From an uncultured Pseudomonadales bacterium (GTDB lineage: Bacteria > Pseudomonadota > Gammaproteobacteria > Pseudomonadales > UBA7434), in NCBI GenBank assembly GCA_964504585.1, contig CAZDEW010000001.1:29711-93710 (forward strand): 64,000 bases of DNA, in the 5' to 3' direction. Within the stretch, counting starts at the first letter, position 1. Each line of letters opens with the position of its first letter. The notes beneath the pieces were generated by a model. That model was not told the DNA's origin. It ran no database searches and was given only the letters and a program-made list of their open reading frames with translations. The position numbers were made by a program, and so were the translations under genes. Shown here in pieces: positions 47,048 through 57,834 of the stretch.

Positions 47048-47680
47048 ATGGCTGAGCGAACTGCTTACAAAGTCGATCTACGCTCGATGGCCGCCCTTTG
47101 CGAGTCAAATTACTTGCGACTGGGGCGTTTGCTCCGCGTGGCCTTCGCGGATGTGCTTGGCGGCAGCTCGACCGAGCTCTGGGGTTCGCAGTCGCTCGAG
47201 AGCGGGGCTAGCGCGTTTATTCGATTGCCCGCAATTGATGCGGCATTGTGCCTGCAAATTTGTGATGTCGCTCCCTATACCACCACGATCCGCATACAAA
47301 AGTGTCCAGTGGAAATGGCTAGTTCGAAGAAGGCGCTAGACTCATTGGATAGCGCAGCGCTTTCTAGTGAGCCATTTACAGCTTGGTCTATGTCCATGAG
47401 TTTGCAGGTCAAGGTTTATCATGATTTGCGCATGGCGGAGGTGGCTGACTATGCTGGTGCAGGTGTCGGTCGATCTCGTAATGACTACCCCAATTCAGCA
47501 ATGCTGGCCGTCGACGAGAGAGACCAGCAAAACCGGATGCTGTCCGAGTGGCTGCGTTATGCACTCGAGAATGGCGTGAAGCCGGTTGCGGGGCTTGATA
47601 TGAGCAGAGATGGCCAGGAACGAGTTTTCCCGCCTGAGCGCAGCCGAGCCGTTGAGACTGGAAAAGTCAGCAATGGCTAG
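47048..47680 (+). CDS. yqiB: DUF1249 domain protein (YqiB-like)
   Basis: ALCESNYLRLGRLL...YTTTIRIQ...VKVYHDLRMAEV...NDYPN...QQNRMLSEWLRYALENG parallels E. coli YqiB. It has a central insertion of about 60 aa. It lies upstream of cpdA, as in E. coli. Confidence 0.8.
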   Translation: MAERTAYKVDLRSMAALCESNYLRLGRLLRVAFADVLGGSSTELWGSQSLESGASAFIRLPAIDAALCLQICDVAPYTTTIRIQKCPVEMASSKKALDSLDSAALSSEPFTAWSMSMSLQVKVYHDLRMAEVADYAGAGVGRSRNDYPNSAMLAVDERDQQNRMLSEWLRYALENGVKPVAGLDMSRDGQERVFPPERSRAVETGKVSNG

Positions 47681-47709
47681 CGAATTGAAAACGAATTAAG
47701 TAGAAGACG

Positions 47710-48603
47710 TTGAAGAACCCTTTGACATTAACACGCTTTGAAATCAGCCAGGAGCCGCTGGGCACTGCACTGACCTTAAAGCCCCAGTATCAGCCACAGA
47801 GCGGCCCTATTCAGGTCGTTCAGCTGACGGACTGTCATCTCGGTGCAGATATCGGCGAGCGCCTCGCGGGTATGGATACCGACGAGAGCCTGGATCAGGT
47901 TGTTGGCATGATGAGCGATAGTGTCGCAGCTCATGGCCTGGATTTGATTTTGGCAACGGGAGATCTTGCCAATCACGAATCTGCAGCGGCCTACGTAAGA
48001 CTTAGAGACAAATTGGATGCGCTTGAAACCCCTAGCGCCTGGCTGCCCGGGAATCACGATAGTTACGACTTGATGGTGAATACCGTTGGGCATGAACGCG
48101 TCCCGAAAGTAGTCTATCTCGACAATTGGGCGATATTGCTGCTGGATACCGCAGTGCCTGGGCGTGTCGGTGGAAGACTGGGGCCCGGTCAGTTAGAAAA
48201 GCTTCAGCAGCAGCTTGCTGTTATTGACCCGGATGCAAATATTGTCGTCGCGCTGCATCACCAGCCTGTTCCGGTCGGCAGTGACTGGATTGATGAACAA
48301 AAAGTAGAAGATGGCGATGCATTATTCGAGCTCCTCAGCGGTGACGAACGTTTGAAAGCGATCGTTTGGGGGCACGTTCACCAGGACTTTGAGACCAGTG
48401 ATTCGCGCCTGGGCGGTGCCCGACTCATGGCAACGCCTTCAACCTGCATTCAATTTGCGCCTCATAATGAGGGCTTTAAGCTTCATGACCGCTCCCCGGG
48501 CTACCGCTGGATTAATCTGCATAGCGATGGCCGCCTCGAAACAGGTGTAGCAAGGCTCGAGGGTGTTGCTTTAGAGCAGGATCTGCAATCAAACGGCTAC
48601 TAA
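47710..48603 (+). CDS. cpdA: 3',5'-cyclic-AMP phosphodiesterase
   Basis: It carries the class III PDE / calcineurin-like metallophosphoesterase motifs QLTDCHLG, TGDLANHE, LPGNHD, ALHHQP and WGHVHQ. The start must be non-ATG (TTG 47710), because the first Met codon lies after the DCH motif. Confidence 0.88.
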   Translation: MKNPLTLTRFEISQEPLGTALTLKPQYQPQSGPIQVVQLTDCHLGADIGERLAGMDTDESLDQVVGMMSDSVAAHGLDLILATGDLANHESAAAYVRLRDKLDALETPSAWLPGNHDSYDLMVNTVGHERVPKVVYLDNWAILLLDTAVPGRVGGRLGPGQLEKLQQQLAVIDPDANIVVALHHQPVPVGSDWIDEQKVEDGDALFELLSGDERLKAIVWGHVHQDFETSDSRLGGARLMATPSTCIQFAPHNEGFKLHDRSPGYRWINLHSDGRLETGVARLEGVALEQDLQSNGY

Positions 48604-48655
48604 TTTTGCGCGCGCCTGAACCCAGAGTGGCGTCATCACAGATCCTAGAAAAACC

Positions 48656-49261
48656 GTGAGTACGCTCTTTTATCTACACGGATTTAACAGCTCTACGGGT
48701 TCTTATAAAGCATGCCAAACCCGAGAGTGGTTCGCTACCAATAAGCCAGCAGTTAAATTTGTTGTTCCCCAATTACCGGATCATCCCGGACAGATACCCG
48801 ATGTCATCGATCGTGCGATTGAGTTGCACACAGGTGTGCGGGCATCACAGCTAGAGAGCGCATGCAACAGTGATGTTGCTTTGATCGGCAGTTCAATGGG
48901 TGGTTTCTTTGCCAATTACTTCGCCGAGAAGTATCGGTGTAAGGCGGTGTTAATTAACCCCGTTGTTTTTCCCCACCGGATGCTGCAAGACCATCTAGGT
49001 CGCCATCGAAATCCCTACACCGGTGTCGAATACTCGCTCGAACAGGGTATGATAGCGCCCCTGTCTAACCAAGTTGTTCGCAACATGCATTCGCCAGCGA
49101 GGCGGTTTGTCATGTTGCAGAAAGGCGACGAGGTTCTCGATTATCGAGAGGCTGAAAATTTTTACGCGAGCAGCCATCTGCATGTTGAAGATGGCGGCGA
49201 TCACAGCTTTGTTAACTACGATCGGTGGTTGCCGCGAATCGCCTTGTTTTTAGGTTTATAG
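48656..49261 (+). CDS. yqiA: esterase YqiA (alpha/beta hydrolase, UPF0227)
   Basis: It carries LFYLHGFNSS and the nucleophile elbow LIGSSMGG. It sits between cpdA and parE. GTG start. Confidence 0.85.
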   Translation: MSTLFYLHGFNSSTGSYKACQTREWFATNKPAVKFVVPQLPDHPGQIPDVIDRAIELHTGVRASQLESACNSDVALIGSSMGGFFANYFAEKYRCKAVLINPVVFPHRMLQDHLGRHRNPYTGVEYSLEQGMIAPLSNQVVRNMHSPARRFVMLQKGDEVLDYREAENFYASSHLHVEDGGDHSFVNYDRWLPRIALFLGL

Positions 49262-49277
49262 TGATAAGGAATTTTAA

Positions 49278-51170
<1,893 letters not shown>

Positions 51171-51191
51171 CCGTTCCTACGTATCACCGTT

Positions 51192-52037
51192 ATGACTTCC
51201 TTTACACAATTACTCGCAGGCTCTGAACCCGGTGCCGACGGCACGATTTCTTATCAGGTACCCGCTAGCTGGATGCAGGGTCGTGCCCTTTACGGCGGCC
51301 TTTCGGCGGCGCTTTGTATTGATGGCTCGCAAAAGTCCTTTCAAGATCTACCGCCGCTGCGAACGATGAACGTTAATTTCATCGGCCCCGGGAGTGCAGA
51401 GGTAGAGGTTAGAGCCACGCTTTTGCGTCGGGGAAAGTCGGTCGCATGGATACGTGCAGATCTGCTGGGAGATGGGGGGCTCATCGCGTCCACGACACTG
51501 GGCTTTGGTGCGTCGCGTGAGTCTAGACTTGACTGTGATTACAGCGAGGAGCTTTATGGATCCCGGCAGGAATTTCCCCGTCCGCACGATAGTGAGAATT
51601 TCTATCTGGGCCCGGAAGACTTCGCAAGCGCCGAGCAATATGAGTTAGCGATGATGATGATTCCTGGCTTCGCAAGTAACTTTGAGGTCAGGCTTGTATC
51701 CGGTGGTAGGCCTGCTTCAGGTTCAGAGCGTCCTTCTATGGAGCTCTGGGTTAAGCACAAAGATCAGGCGGCAGAGGGTATTGCAGCGCTAGCGGGTATC
51801 GCGGATATGCCGCCCCCCGCAATTATGCCTGTGATGAAGCAGCCCGCACCGTTGAGTTCATTGAGCTGGATGTTCAATATCTTGAGCGATGATCTCAGCA
51901 GTGAAGACGGGTGGTGGCTGTTGGGCACCTATGCTGAACATGCGCGGCAGGGCTACTCCAGTCAAAATATGACTATCCATAACTCGCGCGGAGAGCTGGT
52001 CCTGCTTGGCCGCCAAAATGTCACGGTCTTCTACTGA
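51192..52037 (+). CDS. acyl-CoA thioesterase-like protein (double hot-dog, TesB-like)
   Basis: The N-terminal MQGRALYGGLSAAL and the overall length and pattern resemble the thioesterase-like superfamily. The specific function is unknown. Confidence 0.65.
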   Translation: MTSFTQLLAGSEPGADGTISYQVPASWMQGRALYGGLSAALCIDGSQKSFQDLPPLRTMNVNFIGPGSAEVEVRATLLRRGKSVAWIRADLLGDGGLIASTTLGFGASRESRLDCDYSEELYGSRQEFPRPHDSENFYLGPEDFASAEQYELAMMMIPGFASNFEVRLVSGGRPASGSERPSMELWVKHKDQAAEGIAALAGIADMPPPAIMPVMKQPAPLSSLSWMFNILSDDLSSEDGWWLLGTYAEHARQGYSSQNMTIHNSRGELVLLGRQNVTVFY

Positions 52038-52152
52038 TCGCCACTCGTTTGCACGCTGCATCGCTGGTGTCCGGCTGTTAAAAGCGCCATAATCTTCTGT
52101 TCACTATGACAGCCCACGCAACAGTGCGGCACAGCTTAGGCGGCTAACTGGT

Positions 52153-53367
52153 TTGAGCGAATCGCTTACGACGGGTCCGGACAGACGGACTCTGTTCTTT
52201 ATCCTTTTCACCGTTTTCATTTACTCAGTGGGTTTTGGCATCATCATGCCTGTGCTGCCTGCTTTGATTATGGAATTAGAGGGTGTCACGCTGGCTGAGG
52301 CCACACAGTTGGGCGCGCTCGTGGGTGCCTCTTATGCCATCGCCCAATTTATCATGGGCCCACTCGTTGGCAATCTTAGCGATCGCTATGGGCGGCGGCC
52401 TGTGTTTTTGGTCAGCTTGTTGGGTTTTGGTATCGATTTCCTGATGATGGGTTTTGCGAACTCCATTGTCTGGCTGTTTATTGGTAGAGCGATTGCCGGA
52501 GGGTTTGGCGCGATTTTTGGTCCAGCTAATTCCGCAATGGCCGATATTGTTGCGCCAGAGCGGCGCGCACAGCACTTCGGTTACATTGGCGCTGCCTTCG
52601 GCATTGGGTTTATTGTGGGGCCCGCGCTCGGTGGCATGGTTGCCGCCATTGACCTGAGGTTGCCTTTCTTTATTGCCGGCGGGCTCGCTTTGCTCAACTT
52701 CTGTTACGGCTACTTCGCGTTTCCGGAGACCATGCCCGAGGACAGGCGCCGTCCGGTAAGCTTGCGTCGAGCGAATCCTCTAGGTGCGCTGGTCAGCCTC
52801 TCCAGGGAGGCGGCGCTACTTCCTTTTGCGAGCGCTTATTTTCTTTGGGTCTGCGCCACTAATATCTACCCGGCTTCATGGCCTTTTTTCTCGCGAGCAG
52901 CTTATTCCTGGGATAGCCAAACCGTTGGTCTCTCACTAACCCTGGTGGGTGTTTCCATGGCCCTGACGCAGATTTTTTTGATCAAGCGACTGGTCGCAAA
53001 ATATGGAGAGCGACGCACTGCAATTTTAGGCATTTCCGTGGCGTCAGTGTATTTTGCCGGTATCGCTTTAGGTGTACCGGGGTCCCTTGTGCTGCCCTTA
53101 ACACTGTTGATGGGCATTCAAGGCGTGGTCATGCCATCGATTAATGCGATGATGTCCCAGCGCGTATCTGCCTCAAACCAGGGTGAACTTCAGGGCTTTA
53201 ATGGAAGTCTGGCCGCGCTTGCATTGCTGATTGCCCAGCTTGGCTACAATACCTTGCTGGCTTACTTTACCTCTGCAGAAGCACCGATTTATTTTGCAGG
53301 TGCGCCCTTTGTGCTCGCAATAGCCTTCAGTGCAAGTGCAATTGTAATTTTGTATCGAGCGCGCTGA
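52153..53367 (+). CDS. MFS transporter (TetA/TCR-like drug:H+ antiporter family)
   Basis: It has 12 predicted TM segments and motif A GNLSDRYGRRPV. TTG start. Confidence 0.88.
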   Translation: MSESLTTGPDRRTLFFILFTVFIYSVGFGIIMPVLPALIMELEGVTLAEATQLGALVGASYAIAQFIMGPLVGNLSDRYGRRPVFLVSLLGFGIDFLMMGFANSIVWLFIGRAIAGGFGAIFGPANSAMADIVAPERRAQHFGYIGAAFGIGFIVGPALGGMVAAIDLRLPFFIAGGLALLNFCYGYFAFPETMPEDRRRPVSLRRANPLGALVSLSREAALLPFASAYFLWVCATNIYPASWPFFSRAAYSWDSQTVGLSLTLVGVSMALTQIFLIKRLVAKYGERRTAILGISVASVYFAGIALGVPGSLVLPLTLLMGIQGVVMPSINAMMSQRVSASNQGELQGFNGSLAALALLIAQLGYNTLLAYFTSAEAPIYFAGAPFVLAIAFSASAIVILYRAR

Positions 53368-54059
53368 TGACAACCCTCATGCAAATAATCAGTTTCTCGA
53401 ATCAGCGAGTAAAAAGCCGGTCTCGCTTTACAGGCTCAGTTTTACTCGCTGCGTTCCTTGCAACCGCTGCTGGCGGCTGCAGCGTGCCCGGGCAGCCTTC
53501 CGCTTTAACCCCGCAGCTTGTTGAGCCTGAAAGAGTGCTTGGAGCGTCCTGTGCCGAAACTCTTGCGTCGGCTGTTACCGACTTCAAGCGTCTGGACTAT
53601 GCAGCCGCGATCGAACGCTTATCGTCAGTCAGGCCACCGGTTTGTGGCAATGATTATGAACGCGCGCGAGTCGATCATTTTCTATCCCTGGCGTACTTTG
53701 AGGTGGGGTCGTACGACGACGCCTTGAGTTATATGCTGTCCGCAGTAGAAAGTAAGCTGCTCGACGAAGTCGTCCATGAGCAGTCGTTATATAATGTTGC
53801 TCGACTCCTCTATTTGCGTGGAGACTTCGAGCAGGCCTTGGTGCAACTGAAAAGTGTTGACTCGGCCGCCATTCAAAGCAAGCCAGAAATCGCCATGTTG
53901 AAGGCGAGAATACTTTATGCGATGGGAAGCAAAGATGAGGCGGCGAGCATGCTTGCAAGGCTTTATGAGCAACATCTCGCTGGCGAACTGCAAATGAGCT
54001 TTGACTCAATATTGCTGCTGGAAAAACTGCGCAGCGAACTAGGTGTTTCCGCGGGATAA
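53367..54059 (+). CDS. TPR-like lipoprotein (hypothetical)
   Basis: Its ATG overlaps the MFS stop (TGATG at 53365-53369). It has the lipobox AAGGCS followed by helical-repeat sequence (YERARVDHFLSLAYFEVGSYDDALSYM...). Confidence 0.55.
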   Translation: MTTLMQIISFSNQRVKSRSRFTGSVLLAAFLATAAGGCSVPGQPSALTPQLVEPERVLGASCAETLASAVTDFKRLDYAAAIERLSSVRPPVCGNDYERARVDHFLSLAYFEVGSYDDALSYMLSAVESKLLDEVVHEQSLYNVARLLYLRGDFEQALVQLKSVDSAAIQSKPEIAMLKARILYAMGSKDEAASMLARLYEQHLAGELQMSFDSILLLEKLRSELGVSAG

Positions 54060-54090
54060 GCCCTTCGATATCCGAGCTTAGTAAAGCATT

Positions 54091-54756
54091 ATGAGTAAAC
54101 TAGGACAATACCTCGTTGATACCAAGCAGTTTTTCTTTGGCCGGTTTGGTGCCATTTGTTCGGTTCTTTTTCCTGCGCTGATACCTATTAACCTGGTTTA
54201 TGTGCTGAGCCTGATTAATCTAGGCCCTAGCAGTGACGCCACTTTTCTAGTTTTCTCGATTAGCCTGGCGCTGTATCCGCTCTATCAGGGCGCGCTAATT
54301 TTGTTTATCCACCGCGAAATTCAAGGTGGAGACAGCCGCTCCATTGGCGATCTCTATCAGACTGTTTTACCGCTCTGGTCCAGTCTAATCGTTATGTACG
54401 CCATGGTGCTGATAGCATCAGCAGCGGGTTTTGCGCTACTTGTCATCCCCGGTCTTTTCATTATTGCACGTTTATCATTTACCGAGTTTGAATGCCTGAT
54501 ACACGGTAAGTCACCGTTTGAAGCGCTGCAGCAAAGCTGGCGCGACACTGAAGAAAACCAGTTTTTATTGATTGTAGGTCTTGCTTGCATCTGGGCAGTG
54601 ACTACTCTGCCCGTGCTTTTCATACAGCAGGCCATAAGTTACGAAAGCCTCTCCGGCGCCCTCGCTTATTTTCTTTTGGCGCTTCTAGGCTCAGTTATTA
54701 CAGCGCCAATCACTATATTTCGCTATCGAGTTTACAGCTTGTTGAAAGGCGTTTAG
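54091..54756 (+). CDS. polytopic membrane protein, YciC/UPF0259-like
   Basis: It has about 5-6 hydrophobic segments. The stretch LLVIPGLFIIARLSFTEFECLIHGKSPFEALQQSWR resembles the VVPGIIM...MGVFASMRSSMRLTW region of E. coli YciC. Confidence 0.5.
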   Translation: MSKLGQYLVDTKQFFFGRFGAICSVLFPALIPINLVYVLSLINLGPSSDATFLVFSISLALYPLYQGALILFIHREIQGGDSRSIGDLYQTVLPLWSSLIVMYAMVLIASAAGFALLVIPGLFIIARLSFTEFECLIHGKSPFEALQQSWRDTEENQFLLIVGLACIWAVTTLPVLFIQQAISYESLSGALAYFLLALLGSVITAPITIFRYRVYSLLKGV

Positions 54757-54867
54757 TCTCTTAGTCGGGTATAGAGCTATAAAATTCTGGCCGGAAATTA
54801 AAGAAGTTAACTGTGAGAAGCCAACTTTGAGGAGTCAACCGTGATCGATAAACGCCCACGATTATTA

Positions 54868-55332
54868 ATGCAGCGTAACCTGTTTCTCGCGCTGGTGCTA
54901 TTTCTCGCTGCTTGTCAAAATCTGGAACAGGTTTTTGAAACGCCGGGTTTGAAGCTGCTTGGCGTGCAGCTTGGTGATAGGGAGGGTTTAGTGCAGTATC
55001 TAGATCTTTCAGTTGAAATTGAAAACGCCAATCCCTACGCACTGAGTCTTATCGATACGCGATATAGTTTCCAGCTTGCTGACTTTGATGTTATCTCGGG
55101 TGCTACTAACCAGCCCCTGCGAGTACCTGCCAATGGGTCCAATGTTGTAGACTTTCGATTGGCGTTTGACGGCCTGGCGATTTTAAATTTGGTGCGTGAA
55201 ATTGCGCTCTCAGGACAAAGCACACTTGACTATCGGCTGGGACTGGAACTTGATACGGGTTTGCCCCTGGTTGGCCTTGTGCCAGTTGTTCGTCAGGGAC
55301 AGCTAGATTCCAGCGCTCTTTTGGGGCGCTAG
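54868..55332 (+). CDS. LEA type 2 (LEA14/NDR1-HIN1-like) lipoprotein
   Basis: The lipobox LFLAAC is followed by a beta-sandwich pattern (LKLLGVQLGDREGLVQYLDLSVEIENANPYALSL...). I set the start at ATG 54868. The track GTG is at 54841. Confidence 0.65.
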   Translation: MQRNLFLALVLFLAACQNLEQVFETPGLKLLGVQLGDREGLVQYLDLSVEIENANPYALSLIDTRYSFQLADFDVISGATNQPLRVPANGSNVVDFRLAFDGLAILNLVREIALSGQSTLDYRLGLELDTGLPLVGLVPVVRQGQLDSSALLGR

Positions 55333-55353
55333 CAATCAGTTAGGGGTTGGGGA

Positions 55354-56235
55354 ATGAAAGATGACGATGATTCTGGCAAGGGTTCGGGTGAAGCCGATGC
55401 AGCCCTTGCATCGAGCAAAGCGAAAGCTAGCAAAAAGGGCCCTGAAAAAAAACGGAGTGTAAGCAGTAGCGCGCCGAAAAAAGCCGCGAAAAAAAAGGCC
55501 GCGAAGACAAAGAAAGCGGGTACCGGAAAAAAGTCAGCGTCGAAAAAGAAATCGGTGAGTTTGCTTGATGAGTCTGAGGCAGCAGAAATTACCGGCACGT
55601 CGCAAGAAAATAATTTATTGGATGATGATAACGGACTGGATTCTGATGCGGACTTTGGTCGCCGGATCGATATCGCAGATGGTATTGGGACGCTTATCGG
55701 TGGCGTGCGAAGTTTGTCAACATCTGCGATAAAGCTAGCTCGCGATAAGACAGTGGATTCGGCCACTCGAATGATTGGCCAGTCTCCCGAGCAGCTGGAG
55801 CGAATGGCAAAGGCTGGCCGCTCCCTGCAGGACTTGCGCAACGTCACCGGTGCGAGCATTGAAGATGTCGCTGGCGCTATAGATCTCGGTAACCCTGATT
55901 TGCTCAAAGCTGTTGAGGAGGGTAAGGCTGCGCTGCCATTTGAGATTCTGCTGAGGCTATCGTCTTTTTATGCGCGCAATAATCCAGTGCCTTTTATTCT
56001 GAAATATACGCGCACTTACAATCCGCTGGTTTCTAAAACCCTTGAGAAAATAGGCCTTGATAAACTCGTTATAGAGGCCGAGCGTGAAATCCAGTTCGTG
56101 CAAATTCTCCGATCCCGCGATGAGGCTCGAGAACTATCTGACGAGGACTTTAGAAGAGTGCACGCCTTCACTGAGAAGGCGTTTGATATGGCGCTTAATT
56201 TTGCTGCGCAGAACAAAAAAGAAGAGGAGCGCTGA
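55354..56235 (+). CDS. Lys/Ala-rich (histone H1/AlgP-like) protein with a C-terminal HTH (XRE-like) domain
   Basis: The N-terminal ~70 aa is KAKASKKGPEKKR...APKKAAKKKAAKTKKAGTGKKSASKKK. The C-terminal part, GRSLQDLRNVTGASIEDVAGAI...EEGKAALPFEILLRLSSFY, looks like an XRE-type HTH. Confidence 0.6.
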   Translation: MKDDDDSGKGSGEADAALASSKAKASKKGPEKKRSVSSSAPKKAAKKKAAKTKKAGTGKKSASKKKSVSLLDESEAAEITGTSQENNLLDDDNGLDSDADFGRRIDIADGIGTLIGGVRSLSTSAIKLARDKTVDSATRMIGQSPEQLERMAKAGRSLQDLRNVTGASIEDVAGAIDLGNPDLLKAVEEGKAALPFEILLRLSSFYARNNPVPFILKYTRTYNPLVSKTLEKIGLDKLVIEAEREIQFVQILRSRDEARELSDEDFRRVHAFTEKAFDMALNFAAQNKKEEER

Positions 56236-56258
56236 TTTAGTCGACTTAAATCAATTCG

Positions 56259-56708
56259 TTAAATCGCGTTATAGTTGATCATTAGCTGCCCGTAGCGTTG
56301 GCGATTAAGTCCGCGGTCGGAATAGCCGGCGCGACTTGACGAGCGGAAGTGCACCTCGTTATTTGCCACATCGATCCAGAACTCGGCGTCATCACGATAC
56401 TTCATTGTGGGCGTCACAAATACGACATAGATGTAGTCATCTTCCACCACAACGTACTCCGCGCCACCATAGGAGTCTATGGCTGACAGAAGGCTTTGTT
56501 TGGTTTCTTCCAGTGAGGCCTTCATTTTCAGGGTGTCAACTTTTTTGCTGGGATCCTTGGCTTGCGTCGATACACAGTTTGGTCGAGATCCCAGCGGGCT
56601 CAATTTACCGTCGACAACTCCCAGCTTGGGTGTCTGGCTATTCTGCCAATAGATAAACGCAAAGCCAGCGACAACTAAGACGAGTAGGGTAATGAATATT
56701 TTGGACAT
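56259..56708 (-). CDS. DUF1499 domain protein
   Basis: An N-terminal anchor is followed by GSRPNCVSTQA, the conserved PNCVSS-type motif of DUF1499 as I recall it. A YSDRG segment lies near the C-terminus. Confidence 0.65.
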   Translation of the reverse strand: MSKIFITLLVLVVAGFAFIYWQNSQTPKLGVVDGKLSPLGSRPNCVSTQAKDPSKKVDTLKMKASLEETKQSLLSAIDSYGGAEYVVVEDDYIYVVFVTPTMKYRDDAEFWIDVANNEVHFRSSSRAGYSDRGLNRQRYGQLMINYNAI

Positions 56709-57112
56709 TTGGGTAGGCTCGAGTTTCTAGTTTTAACTATAGATCCGCGATAGTACGCAGTTTTAACAGTAATGTAAAAGGCTTGAGGGCTTGCTATTTT
56801 CTTTCCATGGTTCTGCATAAACCATTGTAAGCTATGTGCGTGAAGTTGAACTCTGTAGCTAAGTGCTTGTTCGAGCTCGTCTGCTCTCCGGATCCCCTTA
56901 TCTGCAGTTAATTTTTACCCAAAACCACAGCTGTATTCTGGTGGATTACACAAGTTTCATGCGCGCGATTCAACGCCTATGCGATGATCCGAGGACTATA
57001 TTATCGAGTTTGACTTAGATCCGGCGCCACTGTATCGCAGGAGCTTGCGATTTGTGTCACAGGGATAAGTTGTGCAACAAGCGCGTTCCGTGTAATCAGG
57101 TTTTTCTGTTCT

Positions 57113-57166
57113 AAAGGCAAGCTCTATTTTAAAGGCGCTCTCTATTTTAAAGGCGCTCGCTATTTT
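57113..57166. repeat. 18-bp tandem repeat x3 (AAAGGCRNKCTCKCTATTTT), decaying into two to three more degenerate units up to ~57212
   Basis: Read directly: aaaggcaagctctatttt / aaaggcgctctctatttt / aaaggcgctcgctatttt. Confidence 0.9.
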
Positions 57167-57291
57167 AGAGCCATTTTCTGTTTTACGTTCTCCGTTTTAC
57201 ATTCTCTATTCTATGGGCACTTTTAATTTTGGATTTATTATCCGGCGATTTTGCCTTAAGCTTTTCGTCTGTTTGCACTGGAGCCTGAATG

Positions 57292-57350
57292 CCTAAATAT
57301 TAGCACCTAAATACAAGTGCACTAAAATATGGGTATCTAAATATAAGTGC
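57292..57350. repeat. four CTAAA(A)TA boxes at 14-15-bp spacing, including a 16/17-bp direct repeat (CACCTAAATACAAGTGC / TATCTAAATATAAGTGC)
   Basis: The boxes start at 57293, 57307, 57322 and 57337, which is 37-95 bp upstream of the MAPEG ATG. Confidence 0.8.
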
Positions 57351-57386
57351 TCCCGATTTCATCGTTTTAGTCTAGGAATATCCACC

Positions 57387-57830
57387 ATGGATTTAATACA
57401 AGTAACGAACATTGCCATTTTACAGCCAGTTGTCGCCTTGTTGCTGCTTAATTGTTTTATGCTCATTTGGCTCTATGCGGTGAGAATTCCCGCAGTGCGC
57501 AAGCAGGGCATGACACTTGATAGCTCGCGCCCAAGGGGAGAGCAAATGGCATCGCTTCCGCCCCGTGTGCGGTGGAAAGCGGATAACTACAATCACTTAC
57601 TTGAACAGCCTATCCTTTTTTACGCGGCCAGCTTTGTGCTCGCGCTTTCCGGCGCTGGTGCTGCAGAGGGGTCGGGGTTAACCCTGGCGTGGATTTATGT
57701 GGGGCTTCGCGTGGTCCATAGCTTGCATCAGGCTTTGTGGAACAACATTCCGATTAGATTTGCCCTCTTTTCGCTGTCGTCATTGGTTCTGATAGCGTAT
57801 GTAATATTGGTGGCAACAGTGGTTTTCTAA
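57387..57830 (+). CDS. MAPEG family membrane protein
   Basis: It is a 147-aa, 4-TM protein. The stretch ADNYNHLLEQPILFYA matches the MAPEG N..E motif region. Confidence 0.7.
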   Translation: MDLIQVTNIAILQPVVALLLLNCFMLIWLYAVRIPAVRKQGMTLDSSRPRGEQMASLPPRVRWKADNYNHLLEQPILFYAASFVLALSGAGAAEGSGLTLAWIYVGLRVVHSLHQALWNNIPIRFALFSLSSLVLIAYVILVATVVF

Positions 57831-57834
57831 GCGC

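Noticed and set aside
55329-55907. A 192-aa minus-strand ORF antisense to the Lys-rich gene.
   Set aside because: It is the mirror image of low-complexity AAG/GCC-rich coding DNA, giving a Phe/Ala/Ser-rich nonsense composition. It overlaps a better-supported plus-strand gene whose C-terminal half is non-repetitive.
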